Part shown: piece by piece, positions 1 through 8,458 of the stretch
Layout: the number at the start of each line of letters is the position of its first letter
How positions within the stretch are numbered: position 1 is the stretch's first letter
Notes under the pieces: generated by a model
Seen by the model: only the letters and a program-made list of their open reading frames with translations
The model's database searches: none
Told to the model about the DNA's origin: nothing
Assembly: GCA_016936815.1 (NCBI GenBank)
Contig: JAFGXD010000098.1
Coordinates: forward strand, 12,987 to 76,986
Direction of reading: 5' to 3'
Origin: Bacteroidales bacterium
Lineage (GTDB): Bacteria; Bacteroidota; Bacteroidia; Bacteroidales; GWF2-38-335
Length of the DNA: 64,000 nucleotides
Position numbers and translations under genes: made by a program

Positions 1-1065
1 TCTGCAATGCTTCACGTAAATTCGGTTACAAAGGGCTTTCTACTTCCTAGAATTACAGGTTCTTCACCTGCATCTCCAACATTAGGATTGATTTATTACA
101 ATACTGTTTCCGATTTGGTTTTATATTATGATGGCGCCGATTGGCAAATGACGTATTCAACTGTTTCAAATGCTGTTGCAGGAGGTGCCGATACTCCGGC
201 AGGGGTTTTAATAGGAACAGGAACAATAGATCAATCTGCAAAAATGGAAGTAAGAACAACCACAAGGAAAGGTCTTTTAATTCCCAGAATGAATAATGCC
301 CAAAGAGATGCAATTGATTCTCCTGTTGAAGGTCTCACTATTTACAATTCTCAAACAAATGAGGTTCAATATTATGTTGGAGGAACATGGTATAAATGGA
401 CAAATTCCACTTCAAATTATGGGCAAGATATTTCAACTCCGGGTTTAAGTTGCAAGGATATCTACGATACAAATCCTTCAACCCAAGGAGTTGATGGCAC
501 ATATTTTATTGATCCTGATGGAGCAGGGGCAAATGTAGCTTACGAGTGTTATTGCGATATGACTACTGATGGTGGCGGCTGGACTTTGGTTGAAAATACC
601 GGCCCAAAATTTACAAACAACAGGGTAACCGGAACAGCGGGATCAACACCTATTTTACCAACAGATTTAACTTTTGGTAAACTGAGCGATTCTGATATTA
701 ACCTAATTAGAGGCAGTTATGCTACTTCTATTTTAAGAGTTGAAAAGGCAAAAGCTTGTAATACTAATACTATTTATTTTAAACATAACAGGGTTCTTAA
801 TTCCAATTCTGCAAATAATACCCAGTCCATACGACAATATTACACTTCTTATGCAAATGCTGTTTCTGGAACTGGAATGAATACCGGAACGTCTAGTTAT
901 GGAAGTGCTTTTGATTCATGGTCAGGTGGAATTGGTGGTTATCAAATTATTTTCTCTTATGGTGGAGAAGGATTTATTTATTCGGGTTGTAATAGTATTC
1001 ATGCAGATTGTCCTGCCAATAACAGGTCGGTTTGTAATGTGCTTGTTTGGGTAAAGCAGCCTTAA
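1..1065 (+). CDS. Surface/secreted protein with C-terminal fibrinogen-like (YCDxxxxGGGW) domain; 5' end outside window
   Basis: Frame 1 is open from nt 1 (no stop before the listed ATG at 7), so the gene is probably 5'-truncated. Two copies of a KG(F/L)L(L/I)PR...GL(I/T)(I/Y)YN...YYxGxxW repeat (aa ~8-47 and ~88-131). These are followed by SCKDIY...GTYFIDPDG...YCDMTTDGGGWTLV (YCD..GGGW = nt 550-582), the fibrinogen C-terminal-like signature. Confidence 0.6.
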   Translation, partial: SAMLHVNSVTKGFLLPRITGSSPASPTLGLIYYNTVSDLVLYYDGADWQMTYSTVSNAVAGGADTPAGVLIGTGTIDQSAKMEVRTTTRKGLLIPRMNNAQRDAIDSPVEGLTIYNSQTNEVQYYVGGTWYKWTNSTSNYGQDISTPGLSCKDIYDTNPSTQGVDGTYFIDPDGAGANVAYECYCDMTTDGGGWTLVENTGPKFTNNRVTGTAGSTPILPTDLTFGKLSDSDINLIRGSYATSILRVEKAKACNTNTIYFKHNRVLNSNSANNTQSIRQYYTSYANAVSGTGMNTGTSSYGSAFDSWSGGIGGYQIIFSYGGEGFIYSGCNSIHADCPANNRSVCNVLVWVKQP

Positions 1066-1080
1066 TTTAAAACAACAATA

Positions 1081-1959
1081 TTAATATGTTGTTGTCATTG
1101 TTTCAGGAACTACAATAATAAAATCGGCCATATTAATGTATTCGTCCGAAAGTTTATCTAATTCAGCTTGGGTAACGGTTGTTATTGTAAAGATTTTAAG
1201 TTTCTTATTTTTATTTTTCACATACCAAACAATACCTTGATAATTATCTGAATGATAACTACCATTGTAATGAATTGATATGTAGTTTTCTTTGTGATTT
1301 TTTGTAATAAAATGAGCCATTGTAGCATCCTTAATTGCTTGAGATTTAGGGAAATTTTCGTTAGTTTTTCCCATTCCTTTTCCCATTCCGCCCATTTTCA
1401 TCATATTTTTATAACAATCAAGGTTTTCGTCATAATCAACAGGTAAAGGTGCAATAAATCTTTTTGCCTCATCGTCCAGACTTTCAAGTCCTTCGAAACC
1501 CTTGTTAAAAACAACTGAGGCATATCGACGAGGAATGTTTGTGGCAATAAAAGCAAGATTGTTTTCCTTGGCAAAGCTTACAAGTGGCTTATAATCTGTT
1601 GAATAATTAGGCCATAGTCTCGCTTCATCTTCAAATTTAGATTCTGCTATTGTCCCTTTTAAATACTCATTCATTATTAATTGATTGTCGGATTCGAACA
1701 TTTCGGCGCCTAAAATAATTTTTCCTTCTTTCTCTTTGTGAAGATCTTTTGTAAGTTCGTACTGAAGCCAATGAGAAATTGGGTTATTATGTAACTCACC
1801 AAAAAAGACAATATCGGCATCCTTAGCCATTTTTAGCATTTCAGAATAGTTTGTTTCTTTTCCGTTTTTGTCGAATAGTTTATAAGCCGGTTTTGTATCA
1901 TTAAAGCTTTGAAGAATTAAGACACAGGCAATAATTGAAATTGTAATAATAATTTTCAT
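1081..1959 (-). CDS. ChaN-family (haem-binding uptake / Tiki superfamily) lipoprotein-like protein
   Basis: 292-aa ORF with an N-terminal hydrophobic signal. Motifs DIVFFGELHNNPISHWLQ and GAEMFESDNQ resemble the ChaN family, recognised by eye. Confidence 0.6.
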   Translation of the reverse strand: MKIIITISIIACVLILQSFNDTKPAYKLFDKNGKETNYSEMLKMAKDADIVFFGELHNNPISHWLQYELTKDLHKEKEGKIILGAEMFESDNQLIMNEYLKGTIAESKFEDEARLWPNYSTDYKPLVSFAKENNLAFIATNIPRRYASVVFNKGFEGLESLDDEAKRFIAPLPVDYDENLDCYKNMMKMGGMGKGMGKTNENFPKSQAIKDATMAHFITKNHKENYISIHYNGSYHSDNYQGIVWYVKNKNKKLKIFTITTVTQAELDKLSDEYINMADFIIVVPETMTTTY

Positions 1960-2061
1960 TGTTTATGCTTTGTTTCAAATTTATTTATTGGGTAAAGTTA
2001 ATTGAAAATTAAATGAAAGACTAAATTATTTTTCTAAGGTTGCAAAAAGGTAAAGTTTTTA

Positions 2062-2069
2062 TATATTTG
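2062..2069 (+). promoter_or_regulatory. Bacteroidota-type -7 promoter box
   Basis: TATATTTG matches TAnnTTTG, 38 nt upstream of the ATG at 2107. Confidence 0.45.
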
Positions 2070-2106
2070 CACAAGTATAACCAATGTTTCACCTAATATT
2101 TACACA

Positions 2107-2538
2107 ATGAAAACCACAAAAATTCTACTTGTTTTGGCCGTTATTGCATTTGTTTTTGCCTCTTGTTCAAAGTATGAAGAAGGCCCGTCAATTAGTTTAA
2201 AATCTAAGAAATCTCGACTGGCAAAAGAATGGAAACTTGTTTCTTTGTACGATGCTAATGGTGATGAACAATCTGTTGTTCCTGATTGGGAAAATAATTA
2301 CACAAAAGGGGGAGATTATTCCACCAAGGTTTATGGTATTGAACAGAATGGAACATGGGAATTCGATGGTGATGTAAATTTAAAAATCACTTACGAACTA
2401 TCCGGTGGCGGTGCAACCTTTAAATCATACGAAAATTACGAAATAATTCGTCTAGCTTCCGATGAGTTATGGCTTAAAGATAATAACTCCGGTCACGTTA
2501 CCACTAATGGTTACGAGTTGAGATTTGAGCCTAAATAA
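2107..2538 (+). CDS. Small lipocalin-like lipoprotein (paralog family, copy 1 of 3)
   Basis: Signal peptide ending in FASC. CSKYEEGPSISLKSKKSR..W and YEIIRLASDELWL are shared with the ORFs at 28843-29232 and 29239-29643. Confidence 0.65.
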   Translation: MKTTKILLVLAVIAFVFASCSKYEEGPSISLKSKKSRLAKEWKLVSLYDANGDEQSVVPDWENNYTKGGDYSTKVYGIEQNGTWEFDGDVNLKITYELSGGGATFKSYENYEIIRLASDELWLKDNNSGHVTTNGYELRFEPK

Positions 2539-2831
2539 TAGGCTCAATTTAAACAGCCTATAATTATTACTTATAAATTTTGCAGGGGAAATTGTTTGTC
2601 AAGTACCTCGAAAGTTTTTTTTTAAAAGCGAAAATGTACTTGCAATTAATCTATTTATACAATCAATAATATTTGCAAAAGCCCGAATAGTTTTGTTCTG
2701 CGTTATTGCAAATTATTATCAATACAAATATACATTTTTATTGAAATAATGTCAACGCATTGATGTTTTTATTTGGTGAATTCCTAAAACATATCGACAG
2801 ATTGGCTTATGGCTAATAACAAACAAAAGAC

Positions 2832-3965
2832 CTACCCCTTAATCAACAATATCATCTTTACTGCAAAATCGAACAAAACAATTTTTGCATTGCCGTTTCT
2901 TTCTATGTGAAAATATGCTTTTCCGGTTTCATCGTACATTCCAAACACATTATTTTTGTGAATAAATGGAGAAAATTTTTCTGAAAAATCTCTTTCTGCG
3001 GCGGTAAGACAAGTAATTGAAGGTTCCTGAATATTTAGAATAAAATTTTCTCTAATAAGCCTCATCATATAATTTAATAAATCTTTTTGTTTTTCCCGCC
3101 CCATACTTACAACCTCTTCTACCCATTGGTTAATACCAAAAATATCTTTTTTGTATGCCAGACGCATTATCCTTACAAAAAGCTCGAAATTTCCTTTAAG
3201 GTTTTCGGAAGAATTAATTAACTCATGAATTTCCGCAAGGCAACCATCTGCAATTACAGCTAAATCAAGAGCCTCCTGTTCGGAAAGGCTGGAGCTTTTT
3301 AATATTTCATTCTTTATTTCCTCACTACCTAATCTTGGAATTCTTATATGTTGCATTCTTGAAAGCACAGTTGGCAGCAGCTTATCGGGAGCTTCTGAAA
3401 CCATTATTATGAGAGTTTTTTCAAACGGCTCCTCCAGCATCTTAAGAATCTTGTTTGCCACCGAATTGTGCATTCTCTCAGGCAGCCAAATAATCATTGT
3501 TTTGTAATCGGCCTCGTAAGTCTTCAAATTAAGTTTTTCAAGTATTTTCGAAGCTTCCTCAACAAAAATTCCCGGCTGCTGATTTTCCAAATCTAGTTTG
3601 TTCATCCAACTTTTTATGTTAAAATATGGATTTTCACTAATTTGTTCACGCCATAAAGGCAGACAATCATCTGAGGTTCTTATTTTTGGATTGTCTTTTT
3701 TTACCAAAGGGAAAACAAAATGCAAATCGGGGTGAGCAATTTTCTGAATTTTACTACAGGAAGCACAAACCCCACAAGAATCGTAAGGAGTTCTATTTGT
3801 GCAATTTACATACTGAGCCAAAGCTATTGCTAAAGCAAGTTTTCCTACTCCTTCTTGTCCCGAAAACAGCAAAGCATGGGGCAAACGATTGTTTTGCACC
3901 ATGTTAACAAGGTTCTCCTTGATTTGGGCAGATCCGGCAATATCTTTAAACATCATACAGTACAA
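2832..3965 (-). CDS. holB: DNA polymerase III subunit delta' (clamp-loader)
   Basis: NRLPHALLFSGQEGVGKLALAIALAQYVNC P-loop-like region, a CxxC zinc module (CGVCASC) and SRMQHIRIP sensor motif. The true start may be the internal MMFKD (about 3953-3956). Confidence 0.8.
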   Translation of the reverse strand: MYCMMFKDIAGSAQIKENLVNMVQNNRLPHALLFSGQEGVGKLALAIALAQYVNCTNRTPYDSCGVCASCSKIQKIAHPDLHFVFPLVKKDNPKIRTSDDCLPLWREQISENPYFNIKSWMNKLDLENQQPGIFVEEASKILEKLNLKTYEADYKTMIIWLPERMHNSVANKILKMLEEPFEKTLIIMVSEAPDKLLPTVLSRMQHIRIPRLGSEEIKNEILKSSSLSEQEALDLAVIADGCLAEIHELINSSENLKGNFELFVRIMRLAYKKDIFGINQWVEEVVSMGREKQKDLLNYMMRLIRENFILNIQEPSITCLTAAERDFSEKFSPFIHKNNVFGMYDETGKAYFHIERNGNAKIVLFDFAVKMILLIKG

Positions 3966-4287
3966 AAATAGTTATTAGCAATTAAATCTATTGTGCTGAA
4001 ACGGATTTTTTTATTCATTTTTGCGGTTTTATCAAATTTCCCGGATTATCTAATTCCCTAGTGCGTTGCGTTGGGCTGTATTGAATGACCCCTTCAGGCT
4101 CTGACCCATATTGCGTAATTTTCATTTGTTACCAAACTAATATTTACAAAGTAAACCAAAGCCTGAAGGGCTGACACACTTTTGCCCCGCGGTAAAACCC
4201 GGGATGAGAAATAAATATTAAACCCCTAAATAAAATTTTGTGTTGAAAATGATATAGTATTATCTTTATCGCAAAAATTAAAATATT

Positions 4288-6672
4288 ATGAACCACATCG
4301 ACAATTACAATTTCCAAGACAAGAGAGTATTGATTAGAGTTGATTTTAATGTTCCCTTAAACAAAGATTTTGAAATAACCGACGATACCAGAATTGTAAC
4401 TGCAATACCAACAATCAGGAAAATTCTTGCCGATGGAGGTTCCCCAATTATTTTAACACATTTGGGTAGACCAAAAGGTCAAATTCGTCCCGAAATGTCG
4501 TTGGTTCATATTCTTCCCAGACTTGAAAAATTGCTAGACACAAAAATTATTTTTGTTGAAGATGCTGTAAGCGACAAAGCTTTTGATGTTTGCAAAAACC
4601 TTAAACCACGAGAAATTGTCTTACTTGAAAACCTTCGTTTTAATAAATCAGAACTTGAAGGCGATGAAGAATATGCCAAAAAACTTGCTCGTTTGGGAGA
4701 CGCATACGTAATGGACGCTTTTGGTACAGCTCATCGAGCGCACGCTTCAACCTATACCATTGCAAAGTATTTTCCTTACGACAAAATGCTTGGATATCTT
4801 GTAGAAAGTGAATTGAAAAACATTGACAAGGTTCTAAAAAAAGCACAACGTCCTTTTACCGCAATTATTGGTGGTTCAAAAATTTCAACAAAAATCCATA
4901 TTATTGAAGCTTTGTTACAAAAAGTTGATAATCTGGTTATTGGCGGAGGTATTGTTTACACTTTCGTAAAAGCTATGGGAGGTGAAATTGGAAATTCACT
5001 CTACGAAGAGGAGTTTTTAGATGTAGCGAAAAGAGTAATTGATAAAGCTGCAAAAAACAATGTGAAACTATATCTTCCCACAGATGTGCTTATTGCCGAT
5101 AGTTTTTCCAACGATGCTAACATTAACCATTGCGAAATAGATAAAATTCCTGAAGGTTGGATGGGACTAGATATTGGAGTAAAATCTGGCAGCAGAATTG
5201 AAGAAGTAATAGAACATTCAGCTACTATTTTATGGAATGGTCCTATGGGGGTTTTCGAAATGCCTCATTTTTCTATGGGAACTCTAAAAGTGGCTCTTTC
5301 GGTTGCCAGAGCCACCGACAAAGGAGCTTTTTCATTGGTTGGCGGGGGCGATTCAATTGCTGCTGTTAACAAATACAGTCTTGCTCATAAAATATCATAC
5401 GTTTCAACAGCAGGTGGAGCTTTGCTGGAATATATTGAAGGTAAGAAACTTCCAAGTATTAAAGCCATAAAACAATCTTACTCGGTTGACGATTACGACT
5501 TCTTTGGAAAACGTGCTTTAATTAGAGTTGATTTTAATGTTCCTCTCGATAAAGATGGCAATATTACTGACGATACAAGAATTAAGACGGCTATTCCAAC
5601 AATTAGAAAAGTTCTGGCAGATGGCGGTTCGGTAATAATAATGACACATATTGGAAGACCCAAAGGAAAACACATGCATGAATACTCTGTGAAACACATT
5701 GTATCTCATGTTTCAAAACTACTTGAAAGAGAAGTAATTTTTCTTGAAAAATGTATTGGCCCTGAAACCAAAAAATTCTGCGACACCTTAAATCCGGGAT
5801 CTGTTGTAATGCTCGAAAACCTTCGTTTTACCGAAGCTGAAACAAAAGGCGATGAAAAATTTGCATCGCAACTTGCCGAACTTGGCGATGTGTATATTAT
5901 GAATGCTTTTGGAACAGCCCACAGAGCCCATGCATCAACATATACAATAGCCAAATTCTTCCCAAATGATAAAATGCTTGGCTATTTGGTTGAGGCTGAA
6001 ATTAATAACATAGACAAAGTTCTTAAGAATCCTCAAAGGCCATTTACAGGTATTCTGGGAGGTTCAAAAGTTTCAACTAAAATTCAAATTATTGAATCTC
6101 TGTTAGATAAAGTAGATAACCTGATTATTGGTGGAGGAATTGTCTTTACAATTATTAAAGCAATGGGCGGAAAAGTTGGGGAATCTTTGGTGGAGGATGA
6201 ATACTTAGATGTTGCTAAGAGAATTATTGAAAAAGCTGCTAAGAATAATGTTAAACTCTATTTTCCGCAGGATGTGCTTATTGCAGATAAATTCGACAAT
6301 AACGCCAACATTCACCATTGCGAGATAGACAAAATTGAAGATAATTGGATGGGAATGGATATAGGAATAAAATCGGGAAACGAATTTGAAGAAGTAATAA
6401 ACCGTTCTGCCACAATACTATGGAATGGCCCAATGGGAGTTTTTGAAATGACAAACTTCTCTATGGGTACTCTAAAAGTTGCCTTGGCGGTTGCAAGAGC
6501 CACAGATAATGGAGCTTATTCCTTGGTTGGTGGAGGAGATTCGATTTCTGCCCTTAACAAATACAGTCTTGCTCACAAAATTTCTTACATTTCAACAGCC
6601 GGCGGTGCTTTGCTGGAATATATTGAAGGCAAAGAATTACCTAGTATTAAGGCTATAAGAGGAAAGTTTTAA
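4288..6672 (+). CDS. pgk: Tandem-duplicated, in-frame fused phosphoglycerate kinase (PGK-PGK, 794 aa)
   Basis: Two complete PGK units (about 4288-5475 and 5476-6672) offset by exactly 1188 nt. Each has RVDFNVP, H(L/I)GRPKG, AFGTAHRAHAS, GGSK(I/V)STKI, WNGPMGVFE and GGGDS motifs. Confidence 0.9.
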   Translation: MNHIDNYNFQDKRVLIRVDFNVPLNKDFEITDDTRIVTAIPTIRKILADGGSPIILTHLGRPKGQIRPEMSLVHILPRLEKLLDTKIIFVEDAVSDKAFDVCKNLKPREIVLLENLRFNKSELEGDEEYAKKLARLGDAYVMDAFGTAHRAHASTYTIAKYFPYDKMLGYLVESELKNIDKVLKKAQRPFTAIIGGSKISTKIHIIEALLQKVDNLVIGGGIVYTFVKAMGGEIGNSLYEEEFLDVAKRVIDKAAKNNVKLYLPTDVLIADSFSNDANINHCEIDKIPEGWMGLDIGVKSGSRIEEVIEHSATILWNGPMGVFEMPHFSMGTLKVALSVARATDKGAFSLVGGGDSIAAVNKYSLAHKISYVSTAGGALLEYIEGKKLPSIKAIKQSYSVDDYDFFGKRALIRVDFNVPLDKDGNITDDTRIKTAIPTIRKVLADGGSVIIMTHIGRPKGKHMHEYSVKHIVSHVSKLLEREVIFLEKCIGPETKKFCDTLNPGSVVMLENLRFTEAETKGDEKFASQLAELGDVYIMNAFGTAHRAHASTYTIAKFFPNDKMLGYLVEAEINNIDKVLKNPQRPFTGILGGSKVSTKIQIIESLLDKVDNLIIGGGIVFTIIKAMGGKVGESLVEDEYLDVAKRIIEKAAKNNVKLYFPQDVLIADKFDNNANIHHCEIDKIEDNWMGMDIGIKSGNEFEEVINRSATILWNGPMGVFEMTNFSMGTLKVALAVARATDNGAYSLVGGGDSISALNKYSLAHKISYISTAGGALLEYIEGKELPSIKAIRGKF

Positions 6673-6719
6673 GAAATTTGATTTACAGATAAGACGTAAA
6701 AAATGAATACATTTGTATT

Positions 6720-7148
6720 ATGCTTTCTTTTTACAAATACTTCAGGTTATCTTCCAGCGAGCGTAAAATTTTCTACCTTTGTGTTTCTAATTTATTTAAA
6801 GCCTGGTACAAAACTCGTTTTCAAGCACCAAAAAAATACTTAAAAAAAGTTGGACTTGAGGGAACTATAGCAAAAAATCCTATTTCGGAAGATTTTGAAT
6901 ATATTTTTTCTGTTAAGAGAGGAATTGCAAGGGCTGTAAAAGTCACACCATTTAAGACTAAATGTTTACAACAGGCAATTGCAGGAAAAATAATTCTAAA
7001 CAAGAATAGTATTCCTTGCACAATATATTTTGGACTTAGTAAAAAAGAAAACAAACTAAAAGCCCATGCCTGGTTAAAGGCCGGAGAAGTATTTGTTACG
7101 GGACAAAAAGGTCATAAAGACTTTACAGTAGTATCCACTTTTGGTTAA
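6720..7148 (+). CDS. Transglutaminase-like / lasso-peptide B2-type cysteine protease homolog (orphan)
   Basis: 142 aa. KCLQQAIAGKIIL (Cys82) followed 34 residues later by KAHAWLKAGEVFV (His116), the Cys...His arrangement of the McjB C-terminal/B2 fold. Confidence 0.55.
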   Translation: MLSFYKYFRLSSSERKIFYLCVSNLFKAWYKTRFQAPKKYLKKVGLEGTIAKNPISEDFEYIFSVKRGIARAVKVTPFKTKCLQQAIAGKIILNKNSIPCTIYFGLSKKENKLKAHAWLKAGEVFVTGQKGHKDFTVVSTFG

Positions 7149-7174
7149 AAAAAAAGGCCGCATAAAGCAGCCTT
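7147..7174 (-). terminator. Rho-independent terminator (minus-strand sense)
   Basis: Minus-strand reading is AAGGCTGC-TTTAT-GCGGCCTT followed by a T9 run (plus-strand A9 at 7147-7155). 7 of 8 stem pairs. Confidence 0.6.
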
Positions 7175-7197
7175 AATAATTATTTGTTTATTATTTA

Positions 7198-7349
7198 GTG
7201 CCAGCAGAAAACCACCTTTTTTCTAAAGTGGCTGATAAGAAAACTTCGAGAACAAGGCTTTCGATTTCTGAAAATCAAGGAGTCTACTTTTGTAAATGAC
7301 TGTTTTCAGAAATCGTATAACGCAGTTATCGGAGTTTTCTTGCAGACAC
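7198..7349 (-). ncRNA. Candidate structured RNA: ~150-nt rod-like imperfect hairpin between tdh stop and the terminator
   Basis: Three nested stems: 7198-7212/7334-7349 (13 of 16 pairs), 7232-7238/7324-7330, and a perfect 13-bp stem 7262-7274/7303-7315. Asymmetric internal loop (22 nt versus 8 nt). No ORF. The strand is inferred only from the adjacent minus-sense terminator. Confidence 0.25.
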
Positions 7350-7352
7350 TAA

Positions 7353-8315
7353 TTAAATCAGTCCTTGTTTGTGTTTTTCTCCAATAACCTTTAGCATATC
7401 CTGAGTCATTGCATCCAAATCAAACGATGGGTTCCAACCCCATTCCTGTCTTGCAGCAGTATCGTCAACTGAATTTGGCCAAGAATCGGCAATTGCCTGA
7501 CGGAAATCAGGTTCGTAAGAGATTTCAAAGTTTGGCATATATTTCTTAATAGAGGCAGCAAGTTCGGCAACAGAGAAACTCATAGCTCCAACGTTGAAAT
7601 CGCTGTGGTGCTTAAGTTTGCTAAAGTCAGCCTGCATTAAATCAACTGTAGCTTTTAAGCAGTCGGGCATATACATCATAGGAAGTCTGGTATCCTCTCT
7701 AACAAAGCATTTGTATTTTCCGTATTTCACAGCATCGTAATAAATAGCAACAGCGTAATCGGTAGTTCCGCCACCGGGTAGCGTTTCGTTGCTAATAATA
7801 CCGGGGTAACGTAATCCGCGAACGTCAAGATTATATTTTCTAACATAGTAATCGGCTAGTAACTCGCCTGCAACTTTTGTTACACCGTACATTGTTGTTG
7901 GTTTTAGAACTGTTTCCTGTGGAGCTGAATCTAAAGGAGTTCCGGGACCAAAAACAGCAATTGAAGATGGGACAAGAACTTGTTTCATGTTCATTTCGCG
8001 AGCCACTTCAAGAACGTTAATTAGTCCGTTCATATTAACATCCCATGCCAACATTGGGTTTTGTTCACCAACTGCTGAAAGAATAGCAGCCATATTTACA
8101 ATACAGTCAACATTATATTTTTTACAAACATTGTAAAGGTCTTCCTTTTTAGCAACATCAAAAAATTCAAACGGACCTGTTTCCTTAACTTTGTCAGACG
8201 GGGGAGTCTTTCTTGTAGAGGCAATCACATTTTCATTTCCATAAATATTTCTAAGAGTAAGTGTAAGCTCGGAGCCTATTTGTCCTACTGCACCAACGAT
8301 AAGAATTTTGTTCAT
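7353..8315 (-). CDS. tdh: NAD-dependent L-threonine 3-dehydrogenase (epimerase/dehydratase-type)
   Basis: Rossmann ILIVGAVGQIGSEL, a YGVTK catalytic motif, and the kbl partner gene nearby. Confidence 0.75.
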   Translation of the reverse strand: MNKILIVGAVGQIGSELTLTLRNIYGNENVIASTRKTPPSDKVKETGPFEFFDVAKKEDLYNVCKKYNVDCIVNMAAILSAVGEQNPMLAWDVNMNGLINVLEVAREMNMKQVLVPSSIAVFGPGTPLDSAPQETVLKPTTMYGVTKVAGELLADYYVRKYNLDVRGLRYPGIISNETLPGGGTTDYAVAIYYDAVKYGKYKCFVREDTRLPMMYMPDCLKATVDLMQADFSKLKHHSDFNVGAMSFSVAELAASIKKYMPNFEISYEPDFRQAIADSWPNSVDDTAARQEWGWNPSFDLDAMTQDMLKVIGEKHKQGLI

Positions 8316-8350
8316 AATTAAGAGAATTAAACGGTTTAAATTGTGGGTAA

Positions 8351-8358
8351 CAAAAATA
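8351..8358 (-). promoter_or_regulatory. Bacteroidota-type -7 promoter box for tdh
   Basis: Plus-strand CAAAAATA is TATTTTTG on the minus strand, 36 nt upstream of the tdh ATG (8315). Confidence 0.4.
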
Positions 8359-8458
8359 CGTAAATTTGTTCAAATAAAAACCGGCTATTTATGATGTACA
8401 GCATGAAAATTCTTTGGAAATAATCTTTATAATAATTCCAATAAAAAGGATAAAGTAT

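Noticed and set aside
53-313. Listed antisense or alternate-frame ORFs of 60-146 aa nested inside well-supported genes. Examples: 53-313, 3686-3907, 4640-4846, 5493-5954, 6312-6503, 6821-7054, 8538-8889, 9962-10785, 13180-13368, 13576-13851, 13650-13841, 13913-14424, 16307-17667, 18082-18264, 19434-19652, 22475-22996, 23884-24975, 27374-27631, 29266-29478, 30077-30259, 31236-32231, 33677-34782, 38879-39457, 41234-41428, 41965-42999, 43493-44060, 45801-45983, 46946-47194, 48275-48466, 49655-50243, 52891-53145, 54498-54704, 57955-58194, 59112-59336, 60280-60642, 62432-62644.
   Set aside because: Each lies opposite to, or out of frame with, an ORF carrying clear family motifs. Their translations are low-complexity or hydrophobic mirror sequences typical of AT-rich genomes, and none has its own promoter box or motif.
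4288-6672. PGK-PGK as an assembly artefact (collapsed or duplicated reads).
   Set aside because: The halves differ at many synonymous and non-synonymous positions while staying in frame for 2.4 kb. An artefactual duplication would be near-identical. Read-level confirmation is still advisable.
7147-7155. A/T homopolymers of 8-9 nt (7147-7155, 2617-2625, 18086-18094, 37523-37530, 54846-54853) as phase-variation tracts.
   Set aside because: Such runs are expected in an AT-rich genome. Several are simply terminator T-runs or promoter spacers, and none lies in a coding region where slippage would switch a gene.
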